Shown here: piece after piece, positions 10,364 to 20,243 of the stretch | How the letters are laid out: each line of letters opens with the position of its first letter | How positions within the stretch are numbered: the stretch's first letter is position 1 | Notes under the pieces: model-generated | The model's input: only the letters and a program-made list of their open reading frames with translations | Database searches by the model: none | What the model was told of the DNA's origin: nothing | Position numbers and translations under genes: made by a program | NCBI GenBank assembly: GCA_048885525.1 | Contig: JBHLLP010000004.1 | Location: 1-64,000 of the forward strand | Reading direction: 5' to 3' | DNA length: 64,000 nt | Source of the DNA: Candidatus Hermodarchaeota archaeon | Lineage (GTDB): Archaea > Asgardarchaeota > Lokiarchaeia > Sigyniarchaeales > SOKP01

Positions 10364-11071
10364 ATGAAAAAAGAGAAAATTTTGAGAAATCATTATGAAA
10401 TAATTAACTATTCTAAAGAATATTGGACTTTCTTAAAAAGTAAAAGATTTAATGCTCTTAAATTGTTAGAGATATTCAAAAAGGAAGGATTGTCACCATT
10501 TATTCATGGAAGTATAGCTCGTGGAGATGTACATGAATCTAGTGATATTGATATTATATTTTTTCAACAAATACCTTCATTTCAGATTGAATTAATTTTA
10601 AATAAAAATGGTTTTGAAAATTATTTTAGAGAAATCATATTGGCCACACCACTTGATTCAATAAAATTATATATCTATCTAAGTGAATTAGAAACTATTA
10701 CTCTTCCGTTATCAAAATTTGATAAGAAAGCAGTGGAATTTTATGATTTCGGAGGAAAAATTAACTATGATCAGTTAACTTCAGATCTAAGAATAGCAGG
10801 TATTGATAAGAGATTAGTTTTAATTAAACCAAATCCTAATGGACACGAAGAAATTTCGGTAATTGGAAATGAAGCTAATGTTGCTAAAGAAGTTGGAATA
10901 AGTATTGACACAGTAAATGAACGGGAAAAAGTACTTTTAAGAAGAGAAAAATATGGAAGAACTGGAGTATTTCTAAAAAGGCAACTTCAAATTAATGAAA
11001 CAACTGAAGAAGTTTTAAAACAATTGGCACATAAGAAATCGATTATAAGAAAGAAATTATTTAAAAAATGA
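10364..11071 (+). CDS. archaeal predicted nucleotidyltransferase (Pol-beta superfamily, COG2413-like)
   Basis: HGSIARGDVHESSDIDI; EFYDFGG; GIDKRL; GRTGVFLK. Confidence 0.88.
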   Translation: MKKEKILRNHYEIINYSKEYWTFLKSKRFNALKLLEIFKKEGLSPFIHGSIARGDVHESSDIDIIFFQQIPSFQIELILNKNGFENYFREIILATPLDSIKLYIYLSELETITLPLSKFDKKAVEFYDFGGKINYDQLTSDLRIAGIDKRLVLIKPNPNGHEEISVIGNEANVAKEVGISIDTVNEREKVLLRREKYGRTGVFLKRQLQINETTEEVLKQLAHKKSIIRKKLFKK

Positions 11072-12219
11072 AAAAAGTAAAAATTGCAGAATCGGATGCA
11101 GAAACATATTATATAAAAGGAAGAAGTATTCCTAAAGGATGTAAATTTTGTCTTAAAGGAAGTAAATTAGTTTTGTTTCTAAATGGTATCTGCCAGAAAC
11201 CAGATCATTGTTCGTGGTATTGTCCAATTTCAGAAGAGAGGAGAGGGAAATACTTAACTTTCGCTAATGAAATCGAAATACATACTAAGCAAGATTTACT
11301 TCAAGAAATTAATATGATTAACGCTCAAGGAATGAGTATTACAGGGGGAGAACCACTCTCAGAATTAAATTTTGATAAAACTATTGAATATATTAAATTT
11401 GTTAAGGGTGAAAAAGGCAAAAACTTTCACATTCATTTATATACAAATGGTGTTGAGTTTGATGAAGCCAAAGCTGAAACTCTCTCTCTTTCGGGATTAG
11501 ATGAAATTAGATTCCACCCAGATAGAGAACATTGGGATCTTATTGAAAAAGCTTTAAATAAACAGATTTCAGTGGGAGCTGAAATGCCTGTTATTCCAAA
11601 TAATAAGAGTGAAGAATATCTTAAGGACCTTATCTTTTATTTAGACAAAATCGGTGCAGATTTTATCAATTTAAACGAATTTGAGTATTGCTTTCCAAAC
11701 AGCCAAGCTTTAAAAGAACGGGGTTTCCAATTGGAACAAGGCACTATTGCTTCCGTACTTAATAGTCGTGAAACTGCGTTTCGTTTAATTCGTCAGCTAG
11801 GTTCAGAAGTCTCTATTAAAATACACTTTTGCTCTATTAAATCTAAGGATTATTATCAGTTAAAAAATAGGTACTTAAGAAGAGCCAAGAATGTAAGATT
11901 ACCATATGAAGTAATTACAGAAGAAGGTCTTTTAATTTTTGCTCAAATAGAAGGAGGAAAAAAAGAATTAGACATGATTTACAATATATTATTGTCAAAC
12001 CTAAAAATCTCTGAAAAATTAATATCATATAATCTTAAAAATATTAAAATACCATTTTACATTTCAATCGAAGATCGAATAAATGATTTATTAAAAGAGC
12101 ATCAAGTAGAAACATATATAGTTGAAATGACTCCCTTTAGAAATTCAAAATATCAACAAATAACTGAAAAAACCCCAATTAAAGTGTTTAAAGAAGAATA
12201 TGGTTTTTTTAATAATTAA
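11068..12219 (+). CDS. radical SAM protein (COG2108-like)
   Basis: PKGCKFCLKGSKLVLF, CQKPDHCSWYCPIS, ITGGEPL, HIHLYT, LDEIRFHP, FINLNE. Confidence 0.88.
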   Translation: MKKVKIAESDAETYYIKGRSIPKGCKFCLKGSKLVLFLNGICQKPDHCSWYCPISEERRGKYLTFANEIEIHTKQDLLQEINMINAQGMSITGGEPLSELNFDKTIEYIKFVKGEKGKNFHIHLYTNGVEFDEAKAETLSLSGLDEIRFHPDREHWDLIEKALNKQISVGAEMPVIPNNKSEEYLKDLIFYLDKIGADFINLNEFEYCFPNSQALKERGFQLEQGTIASVLNSRETAFRLIRQLGSEVSIKIHFCSIKSKDYYQLKNRYLRRAKNVRLPYEVITEEGLLIFAQIEGGKKELDMIYNILLSNLKISEKLISYNLKNIKIPFYISIEDRINDLLKEHQVETYIVEMTPFRNSKYQQITEKTPIKVFKEEYGFFNN

Positions 12220-12664
12220 TGATGTAACTTCAAAAGATTTACGAAAAATTGTTAATCTTGAACAAGAAATTTTTAAAGAGAATGCTTTTTCAAAAGATTT
12301 ATTGAAAAAATTAATAGAAAAGCATACATTCTTTTTAAAATTAGAAAAAGGTAAAATTAAACACAAAATAATTGGTTTTATAATTGTTATTAATGATAAA
12401 AAAGAAAGAGCTAACATTATTAATTTTCTTATTAAACCTAAATTTCAAAATATGGGATATGGTTCATATCTTCTACAAGAAACCATTGCTAAGATAAATC
12501 AATTGAAGTCTATCAAAAAAATAGTATTAAATGTTCAAATTAGCAACTCAATTGCAATTAAAATGTATGAAAACTTTAACTTTAAAAGAAATCCAACGAT
12601 TATAGAAAACTATTATCACTCTGGCGAAAGTGCATATTTAATGGAACTCGATATCGACTCTTAA
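12200..12664 (+). CDS. GNAT N-acetyltransferase (RimI/Ard1-like)
   Basis: FQNMGYGSYLL acetyl-CoA motif; LNVQISNSIAIKMY; NYY..GESAYLM. Confidence 0.85.
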   Translation: MVFLIINDVTSKDLRKIVNLEQEIFKENAFSKDLLKKLIEKHTFFLKLEKGKIKHKIIGFIIVINDKKERANIINFLIKPKFQNMGYGSYLLQETIAKINQLKSIKKIVLNVQISNSIAIKMYENFNFKRNPTIIENYYHSGESAYLMELDIDS

Positions 12665-12758
12665 TAAACTAAAACTTATAAATAAATTCTATTATAATAT
12701 CTGTAAACATCAATTTAATTTTTATAGCTGAATTTAAAATAAAAGGTGTTAGTTAAAA

Positions 12759-12911
12759 GTGGCCCCAGTTGATAAAGAACTACAAGAAGAAATTAAAAAG
12801 GGCGTTACTCTTCAAAAGGTCGATGAAGCAGAGTTGAAAAGAAGAGAAGAAGAGAAAAAGAAACGTATGGAAGAATTAGAAAAAGTTAAAGAAGCCTTAG
12901 GAGAGAAATAA
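12759..12911 (+). CDS. 50-aa WH2-motif-like microprotein, not in ORF track
   Basis: GTG..TAA ORF MAPVDKELQEEIKKGVTLQKVDEAELKRREEEKKKRMEELEKVKEALGEK; AGGTG upstream, TATA-like element near 12680, T-rich tract downstream. Confidence 0.7.
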   Translation: MAPVDKELQEEIKKGVTLQKVDEAELKRREEEKKKRMEELEKVKEALGEK

Positions 12912-13044
12912 TTCGATTTAGATATTTACTAGAGTTAATTTTTATTCTTTTTTATTTATTTTATTTTTATTCAATTTACTGTTCTTTGTAAATTAAATTA
13001 ATCTTTTCTGTAAGTTTAAATTAAAATAATATAATAATAAACGC

Positions 13045-14139
13045 TTGCGGAGCTATCTTAAAGATTTGAAGATTCTAGATATTAATCAAAAACAAGGAGA
13101 GATAACTGTTAAAATTGAAAATCTCTACGATTTATGGAGTCTTTATAACATTATTGATAAAGATGATAAGGTAACTACTCTAACTCAGAGAAGAGTTGTT
13201 CTTAAAGAAGGAACTAAAGGTGAACGTAAATTAATGAGGTTAAAATTGAAAGTGGAAGATGTTTCCTTTCATGAATTTTCAAATCGGTTAAGAATAAAAG
13301 GTAAAATCTTGGAAGGGCCCGAAGATTTTGTTAGTTTTGGAACTTACCATACTTTTAATATAGAAGTATCTCAACAATTAACTATAATTAAAGAAAACTG
13401 GTTACAAAATGAAATAAAGCGATTGAAAGAAACATCCAAGTTCGAAGCTAACTTTGTGATGTTAATTACAGCAGTTGAAACAGGTTTAGCAACTTTAGCT
13501 TTGATTACCAATTTTAGCTATAACAAAATTGCTACTATTAAAAAAAATATCCCTGGTAAAAGATATGAACAATCTTATCGAAATAAAGCTTTAGAGGAAT
13601 TTTTTAGCGATATACAAAAAGTATTAATGGAAAATATTAAAAATACACACATTGACCTACTTGTTTTTTGTGGACCTGGGAATACAAGAGAAAAACTTCT
13701 TAAATTTCTTCAAAAAAATCCTAATTTTGACTTTAAGGGCAATATTGAAATGTCTCATGCAAGTTCTGGAACTGAAAGTGCTATTAGAGAGACCTTAAAA
13801 TCAAAAAAATTAACAAAACTTAAAAATAAAATTAAAATTCTTCAAGAAAGTGAATTGATCGAAAATATTATGACGCAATTTGCTAACGATGCTGATCTTA
13901 TTGTTATTGGTATCGAGGAAGTCTCTGAAGCTTCAGAGAGAGGCGCAATCAAACAATTATTAATAGCTGATCTGTTAATTAGAGGTTCTTCTAAAAAGCA
14001 TAAGTTAAAAATAGAAGAAATCATATCCAACGTTGAAAATTCTGGTGGAGAAATAAACATAATGAGTACAGAGAATATAACTGGAGAACAATTAGTAAAT
14101 TTAGGTTCAATAATAGGAATTTTAAGATATAAACTCTAA
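13045..14139 (+). CDS. pelA: mRNA surveillance / ribosome rescue factor Pelota
   Basis: DLWSLYNII, FHEFSNRLRIKG, GTYHTFNI, IPGKR, CGPG, C-terminal LG.IIGILRY; true start probably the TTG of MKILD. Confidence 0.95.
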   Translation: MRSYLKDLKILDINQKQGEITVKIENLYDLWSLYNIIDKDDKVTTLTQRRVVLKEGTKGERKLMRLKLKVEDVSFHEFSNRLRIKGKILEGPEDFVSFGTYHTFNIEVSQQLTIIKENWLQNEIKRLKETSKFEANFVMLITAVETGLATLALITNFSYNKIATIKKNIPGKRYEQSYRNKALEEFFSDIQKVLMENIKNTHIDLLVFCGPGNTREKLLKFLQKNPNFDFKGNIEMSHASSGTESAIRETLKSKKLTKLKNKIKILQESELIENIMTQFANDADLIVIGIEEVSEASERGAIKQLLIADLLIRGSSKKHKLKIEEIISNVENSGGEINIMSTENITGEQLVNLGSIIGILRYKL

Positions 14140-14144
14140 TAGAT

Positions 14145-15179
14145 ATGACTCCTGAAATAATTTATATAGATAATAAATCAGAGATTCCCTTATTTGGTGT
14201 TGATTTTATAGGTATAATTGATAGAGGTACTAATGTTATTGAGGTAAAGCCCCTGACATTATGTAATTTAAAATGCAGATATTGCTTTGTTAGTGCCGGA
14301 GATTATGAAACTAATTTTATCGTTGATCCTAAATACATACTCGCAAAAATAGAAGAAGTAATTGAAGCCAAAGGACGATATAAGATTGAAATCCATTTTG
14401 CACCTTACGGTGAAATCTTACTTTATCCAAAATTATTCTTTTTAATTAAAGAGCTTTGGAAAATAAAAGGAATTGAAATAATATCAATGCAGACAAATGG
14501 GTTATTGCTTAATGAAGAAATAATCAGCAAATTAGAAGAAGTTCAAATGTCAAGAATAAATATTAGCTTAAATTCCTTAAATCAAGAAAAAGCCAATTTT
14601 CTTTGCGATTGTGAAATTTACGATATAAAAAATCTTACAAAAAACATTTTAAACTTACTAAAAACCAAAATTGACTTATTAATTGCCCCCGTATGGTTTC
14701 CAGGAGAAAATGATGATGACATTGAAGATATAATAAGATATGTCGTAGATCTTAGGAAAAAAGGATATTCTGAAAAGAAGATTCAAATTGGCATTCAAAA
14801 ATATTTAATTTACAAAACAGGAAGAAAATTAAAAAAAATTAGGCCAAAAAGTTGGGGTTATTTCTATAGGCAATTATCTCTACTTGAGAAAACTTATAAT
14901 ATTAAACTAAAATTGGGACCACATGATTTTGGAATTCATAAACGGAAAACTGTAGCCTCCTTGAATATAAAAAAAAATGATTCAATAAGATTAAAAATTA
15001 TATCTAAAGGGCGTAGAGAGAGGGAATTTATTGGTAAAATTGATGATAATTACGGTATAAAGGTCCTCTTAAATAAACCAGTCATTCATCCTGAAAAATT
15101 TATTGGAAAAGATATTAATGCAAAAATTATAAAAGCAAATTATAAAGATAATATTTTAACAGCATCCTTTTCAATATAA
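14145..15179 (+). CDS. radical SAM Fe-S oxidoreductase (COG2100-like) with C-terminal TRAM-like domain
   Basis: IPLFG..FIGIIDRGTNVIEVKP, CNLKCRYC, SMQTNG, RINISLN. Confidence 0.88.
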   Translation: MTPEIIYIDNKSEIPLFGVDFIGIIDRGTNVIEVKPLTLCNLKCRYCFVSAGDYETNFIVDPKYILAKIEEVIEAKGRYKIEIHFAPYGEILLYPKLFFLIKELWKIKGIEIISMQTNGLLLNEEIISKLEEVQMSRINISLNSLNQEKANFLCDCEIYDIKNLTKNILNLLKTKIDLLIAPVWFPGENDDDIEDIIRYVVDLRKKGYSEKKIQIGIQKYLIYKTGRKLKKIRPKSWGYFYRQLSLLEKTYNIKLKLGPHDFGIHKRKTVASLNIKKNDSIRLKIISKGRREREFIGKIDDNYGIKVLLNKPVIHPEKFIGKDINAKIIKANYKDNILTASFSI

Positions 15180-15275
15180 ACTTAAATATTAAAAAATTTA
15201 TATTGATCAAAACAAGTAAATATATTAAATTATAGATTAAATAAAATTTTCAATACATAGGAGATTAATTAATTT

Positions 15276-15899
15276 ATGAGCCCTATAATTACACACGAAG
15301 ATGAATTAATTTTAGCGAAGACCGAGAGGGATCTTGTCTCACAATTTAAGAAATTAGCTAAAGCGCAAAGTGCGCTTATAAGTTCTCAAAAAAAGTATGC
15401 TGAAAATATTTCGAAAGCAAATAATATTCGAGAAATGTTAAATCGAACGTTTAGAGATGTTTTAAAACAGATGCAAACTCTTGCTCGAGAACATAGATCA
15501 AATATTAAAGATGAGGAAGTAAACTTATATAAACAAATAATCCAAAAAAATGATGATTACATTAAAGCTAATAACAAATACATGAATGCAATTAAAGATC
15601 TTGCTGTTCAAAAAGAATATTTAGTTCAAAAAAAGGAAGAATTTGTCGATGCATTATCGGAAGTTGCTGATAGAAGATCCACAGTAATAAAAAAAGCATT
15701 AGATGCGGAAAAAGCGAAAAATAAATTAATAGACGGTGACAAATTAAACATCCTCGACCAACAATTAAGTGATATTCAAAGAGATTTTGATAGAGCTCGA
15801 GATATATTAATAAAAAAAATAAAACAGTTTAATGAAGTAAGAGATGAAATTAATGCTCTATGGATTAAACTGAAAGATACTATTGTAGAATTAAGCTAA
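15276..15899 (+). CDS. all-helical coiled-coil protein, BAR-domain-like
   Basis: 207 aa of long amphipathic helices; RRSTVIKKALDAEKAKNKL..DKLNILDQQLSDIQRDFDRARD resembles the BAR helix2-helix3 turn. Confidence 0.5.
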   Translation: MSPIITHEDELILAKTERDLVSQFKKLAKAQSALISSQKKYAENISKANNIREMLNRTFRDVLKQMQTLAREHRSNIKDEEVNLYKQIIQKNDDYIKANNKYMNAIKDLAVQKEYLVQKKEEFVDALSEVADRRSTVIKKALDAEKAKNKLIDGDKLNILDQQLSDIQRDFDRARDILIKKIKQFNEVRDEINALWIKLKDTIVELS

Positions 15900-16027
15900 A
15901 TTAAATGATTCTTTCCTTTTTTACATTTTTTTTCAAAAAAAATTCTAACCTTAAACTTAAATTTATTAAACAAAAATCTATTAAAATATTAGAAAATATT
16001 AAAAAATACTATGCATAAAGAGTTAAA

Positions 16028-16498
16028 ATGTGTGCTGAAGAATTTGCAAGCTTTTTAGACAGTACTCGAAAAGCACCTTTAGAAGAGAAGTTAAATGCAT
16101 TTGGCGATATAATTGAAAAGATAATGTCAATTGTCCTAAGGATTCCCGATTTAGTTGATCAATCACTTAGCGCTGTAAATGATAAGGTATCGAATTTACA
16201 AAATCAAATAAATTCTCTAAATAATCAACTTACATCAATTCAATCTAGATCTGCAGGTGGTCCATTAGCACAGGAATCATCAGCAACCGGTCCTGTAGAA
16301 GCACGAACACCTGGAATTCCATCTGGAGGCCCACCCGGAGGTCCACCTCCACCGCCACCAGCAGGTCCTCCTGGAGGTCCAAGAGGTCCTGGTCAAGTTC
16401 CTGCTCCGGGTCGCCCAGCAAGTCCTGTTTCCCTAAGAGGGGCAATAATGGGAGAGCTTAAACAGCTATTTGCTAAGAGAAAGAGTCAATCAGGCTAA
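16028..16498 (+). CDS. coiled-coil / polyproline / C-terminal amphipathic-basic helix protein
   Basis: N-terminal heptads, GGPPGGPPPPPPAGPPGGP, C-terminal LRGAIMGELKQLFAKRK. Confidence 0.8.
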   Translation: MCAEEFASFLDSTRKAPLEEKLNAFGDIIEKIMSIVLRIPDLVDQSLSAVNDKVSNLQNQINSLNNQLTSIQSRSAGGPLAQESSATGPVEARTPGIPSGGPPGGPPPPPPAGPPGGPRGPGQVPAPGRPASPVSLRGAIMGELKQLFAKRKSQSG

Positions 16499-16695
16499 TA
16501 AGTTCTACCAATCAATAAATTTAAATTCTCCTATTTTCTATTCCATTATTTCATAATTTAAATTTAAAGTTAATTTGTACAAAGACACCGCTTATCCTAA
16601 AAAAAAACTCTATTAGTTTAAATTTCAATTAAAATTAAAAATTTTAAAAACTTATCTAAATAAATACCAAGTTTATAGTTTATTGGTTAAACTAA

Positions 16696-18345
16696 TTGGA
16701 TGCTACGAAAGATATATCCTTAAAAATTCCAACAGTTAGGGTAGTTCATGATCTGCAACGACAATTGCTTGAAATGACTTCTTTTTTGAGGGTTGTCAAT
16801 AATTATTATAAAAAGAAAGCAAATCTTCATTTAAGTGAGGATTATTTAAATCAGAAAGATTCTTTTAATTTTCCAGACAGTATCATACTCTTTGAAGCTT
16901 GGATGTATTTAGGTATTCGTGCACTTTTCCCCCGTGTTGTACTTCAATTTCAATTCCCTGGGTTTTTAAGAGGCGAAAGAATAAGAAATATATTTCAATT
17001 TATTTTTTCCACTTCACGAGGTTTTGGTTTTCCCATTTATTTTGGACCGGAATTCTATCATTATAGATTTAAATTAGCAAAGATTTTTGATCCTTTATTA
17101 AAATGGGTTTATACGGTATCTCACCGAGCGAATCAAGCAATTGTTGTAGGAAATAAACGTTTAAAATCTAAAAGACATCATCCAGGAGAGTTTGAATCTG
17201 TTATAATATCAGAATATGATACTAATGAGTATAAAGGAATCGATACTATTTTGCATGGATATTTTAAAAATACAGCAAAACCTTTAGGTAAATTTTCTTC
17301 ATTGGGAGATTTACTCCAAAATTCTACGTTTAATTATTCTATTGGTGATCATGCAATGAAGATTGAAAAAAATGGTGCGAAGATAATATTGAATCTCCGC
17401 TTAATTAACCATGATACTATCGTTAAAAATTATGATATTGACTTCCATTCTTATGTTAGAGCTCTGTTGAATACAAATAAATTATTAAATCAAAAAATTG
17501 AATTCTACCAGGAAAAAAGAAATAATCTCATAAGCAATTTAAAGAAGATTGATAAATTTAAATTTAGACTGGAGCGATCCAAGCACTCTGCAAAGGAATT
17601 TGCTAGGATATCTCAAAAACTCTCAAAAAAATATCCAATAATAGATAGATATGACCATTATAAGACTTTATTAGAAAAAATTAGAGTCATGTTATTCACT
17701 ACACCAATTTATATGCATACAATCCATAATTCAAAGGAATACTATAATTATTTACCGCTCTTAAAAATAGAAAGAAATAATTCTTTTAAATTCAAACACG
17801 AATCAACAAATTCAATTTTATTATCATATATTAAAAATTATGAAAAAAAACACAAGTTTAATTTTGAAGAAGAAGAGGTTGTACATAAATTAAAGCAATT
17901 ACAAGATAATATGGGAAAAATGTGGTTATCGTTCAAAGAAAAACAATTTAATTTTGCATTAGAAAAATTAAATGAATTATCATGTCTTGTTATTGATGAT
18001 AAGAATTATATGAAGAAAGTAGATGAGCTTTTGGATACACTTCTGCCAATTATAGCAATATATGAAATTTTTAACAGACCATTATTTGAATCAGTTTATC
18101 CCGAATCTATTCCTCAGATTAAAAGACCTGGAAACTACATTGCCCGTTTTATCGCTTCAAAATATAATCCTATAGGTACAAATTTAATGAAACTATTTAA
18201 TAGATTAGCATTTCAAAATTGGAGTTATTTTATATTAAAAAAGGGATTGAATCGTAAAGAATTTTTTAATTATCTTTTAAGACTACCAATTTGGAAACAC
18301 ATACCCGCATATGTAAAAGAAAGAATATTAAAGCAAAATAGTTAA
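16696..18345 (+). CDS. hypothetical protein
   Basis: 549-aa ORF, no motif recognised. Confidence 0.75.
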   Translation: MDATKDISLKIPTVRVVHDLQRQLLEMTSFLRVVNNYYKKKANLHLSEDYLNQKDSFNFPDSIILFEAWMYLGIRALFPRVVLQFQFPGFLRGERIRNIFQFIFSTSRGFGFPIYFGPEFYHYRFKLAKIFDPLLKWVYTVSHRANQAIVVGNKRLKSKRHHPGEFESVIISEYDTNEYKGIDTILHGYFKNTAKPLGKFSSLGDLLQNSTFNYSIGDHAMKIEKNGAKIILNLRLINHDTIVKNYDIDFHSYVRALLNTNKLLNQKIEFYQEKRNNLISNLKKIDKFKFRLERSKHSAKEFARISQKLSKKYPIIDRYDHYKTLLEKIRVMLFTTPIYMHTIHNSKEYYNYLPLLKIERNNSFKFKHESTNSILLSYIKNYEKKHKFNFEEEEVVHKLKQLQDNMGKMWLSFKEKQFNFALEKLNELSCLVIDDKNYMKKVDELLDTLLPIIAIYEIFNRPLFESVYPESIPQIKRPGNYIARFIASKYNPIGTNLMKLFNRLAFQNWSYFILKKGLNRKEFFNYLLRLPIWKHIPAYVKERILKQNS

Positions 18346-18361
18346 AAAAGAAATACGAATT

Positions 18362-18940
18362 TTAAAACTCTAAAAATCCAGGGTCATCAAAAATATCATC
18401 AATCTTTCTTTCTTTCTTAATTTTAGTTTCACTTTCTGCAAATAAAGATTCTTCATCAGTCCGAACACCGCGTTCTAATTCTTCAGTATCAAGTTTCAAT
18501 AATGCATCTTTTTCAAGGCGTTTAAATTCTTCAGCTTTCATCTTCCAATCATTAACTTCATCCAAATCAACATCTTCTTCATCTAGTAAAATTGCAGCTT
18601 TAGTTTTACAAAGATCTGATAGAATAGAATAAGCTAAAGCAAGTTCTCCCCATTCGTGGTCTTTCTTTAATCTTTGTATCCTTCTTTCTAATCTTTGTAG
18701 TTCTTGATCAGCATAATAGATATCAATAAAATCTCCAAAAGCATCAACAGGTTCTGAAATTGAATTTATTAAAACTTCTTTTGTTAAATCACAATTTCCA
18801 CATTTCACTGTGGCAAAAGCTCCTTTCTTTTTAAGATCTGTCACTTTGACACTTTTTTCTCCACATTCCGGACATGTGAAGATCTTTGGAACACGCTTCA
18901 CACGTTTTGGGGTTACTTGTTTACGTTTTCTCCTTCCCAG
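18362..18940 (-). CDS. elf1: transcription elongation factor Elf1 with C-terminal helical/acidic extension
   Basis: GRRKRK...KIFTCPECG...KCGNC...EPVDAFGDFID; start placed at CTG 18940 (GGTGA upstream gives canonical MGRRKR); ORF track uses TTG 18952. Confidence 0.85.
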   Translation of the reverse strand: MGRRKRKQVTPKRVKRVPKIFTCPECGEKSVKVTDLKKKGAFATVKCGNCDLTKEVLINSISEPVDAFGDFIDIYYADQELQRLERRIQRLKKDHEWGELALAYSILSDLCKTKAAILLDEEDVDLDEVNDWKMKAEEFKRLEKDALLKLDTEELERGVRTDEESLFAESETKIKKERKIDDIFDDPGFLEF

Positions 18941-19065
18941 TAGAATCACCAAATTATTTCCTTAAAAATGAGTATAACTTCATTTAGAATAAAAAGAAAT
19001 AAAAACTAAAATATTTTTGCTTTTAAGTGAAAACTTTTAAAGGAATTTAGTAAAATTTTTTAGCA

Positions 19066-20241
19066 ATGATTAATTATTTCAATTACTCTTTTTCATTGAA
19101 ATGTTTTAGCAATTTTAACAATAGTGAGTGGATTTTAGGTATGGAACATAAAAATTTAACTTTAGAACATGATAAAAACTTAATTGATAACATTCTCGAT
19201 GATGTTGATATGAGATATATCATTTTTTTCTTCTATATTATTAGGAATGATTTATTTAAAGATTTAACAGATAAGACTCTCATAGAATCGTATAATCGTG
19301 TGTTAGTATTAGATGATATTTATAAGAACAACATTGTAAATTTTTGGGATGAAGAGTTTATTGAAATTTATATAGATTTGGGTTTAATTAAAAATATTCG
19401 TAGTTTGAAAGAGTTTGAACAAAAAGAAAATGATTTTATTATAAAGTTAGGAGAAGAAACAATAACTATTGAAAGTGACACAATTTCTGTTCCAGATGAC
19501 ACTCTTTTTTTAATAATTAATAAGAAATTTAAATTTTTAACTAGAAGAAATTTTAATTTGGCACTTACGAGGTTAAAAGGTGTGCGATGTGAGAAAAGTA
19601 ATATTATACATTCTTTAATTTATGAGATTGGAGAACATGATTACGCATTATCAGATGATTTTTATTATATTTTAGACCAATATGGAAATATCTATCAAGC
19701 AATTAAAATTGAAATTACAATTGAAGGATTTTATCAAAGGTTTAAAGAAATTCAAGAAAAAATTAGTGAGTATATTAAAATTTTTGATCCTACATTAGAT
19801 TTGAAACCTGTGACTAAAAAAATAAATAAAGCAATAGAAGAATCTAAAGATATCATAAAATATCTAAAAGATGAGAAAGTAGAACTCCCAGATAAGTTCA
19901 ATTTTGAAAAAATTAATAAAGATAATGACATCTTTAAAAAATGGAATTCACAACTGATATCACTCTTAAAATATAGATACCAAATTGAACAAATTGATAT
20001 TAAGTTGAATCATTTAAGGAAATATTATTCTGGTAAAAACAAGAAATATCGATATTTAGAATTTATTGAAAAAGTATCTTTCAATGAAGATGGATTAGTA
20101 AACAACATTCAGAATTCATTAGTTGATTTGCGAAAAGAATTGGTAAAAATTAATGAAAAACTTTCTAAAATAACTCAGAAAGAATTAAAATTATTAAATT
20201 TAGATTATGAAAGATTAATATTAATGAGTAATGATGATTAA
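19066..20241 (+). CDS. winged-helix + long helical protein (first gene of 8-gene operon)
   Basis: LTRRNFNLALTRLKG...HDYALSDD WH-like segment then coiled helices; real start likely ATG 19141. Confidence 0.7.
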   Translation: MINYFNYSFSLKCFSNFNNSEWILGMEHKNLTLEHDKNLIDNILDDVDMRYIIFFFYIIRNDLFKDLTDKTLIESYNRVLVLDDIYKNNIVNFWDEEFIEIYIDLGLIKNIRSLKEFEQKENDFIIKLGEETITIESDTISVPDDTLFLIINKKFKFLTRRNFNLALTRLKGVRCEKSNIIHSLIYEIGEHDYALSDDFYYILDQYGNIYQAIKIEITIEGFYQRFKEIQEKISEYIKIFDPTLDLKPVTKKINKAIEESKDIIKYLKDEKVELPDKFNFEKINKDNDIFKKWNSQLISLLKYRYQIEQIDIKLNHLRKYYSGKNKKYRYLEFIEKVSFNEDGLVNNIQNSLVDLRKELVKINEKLSKITQKELKLLNLDYERLILMSNDD

Positions 20242-20243
20242 AA

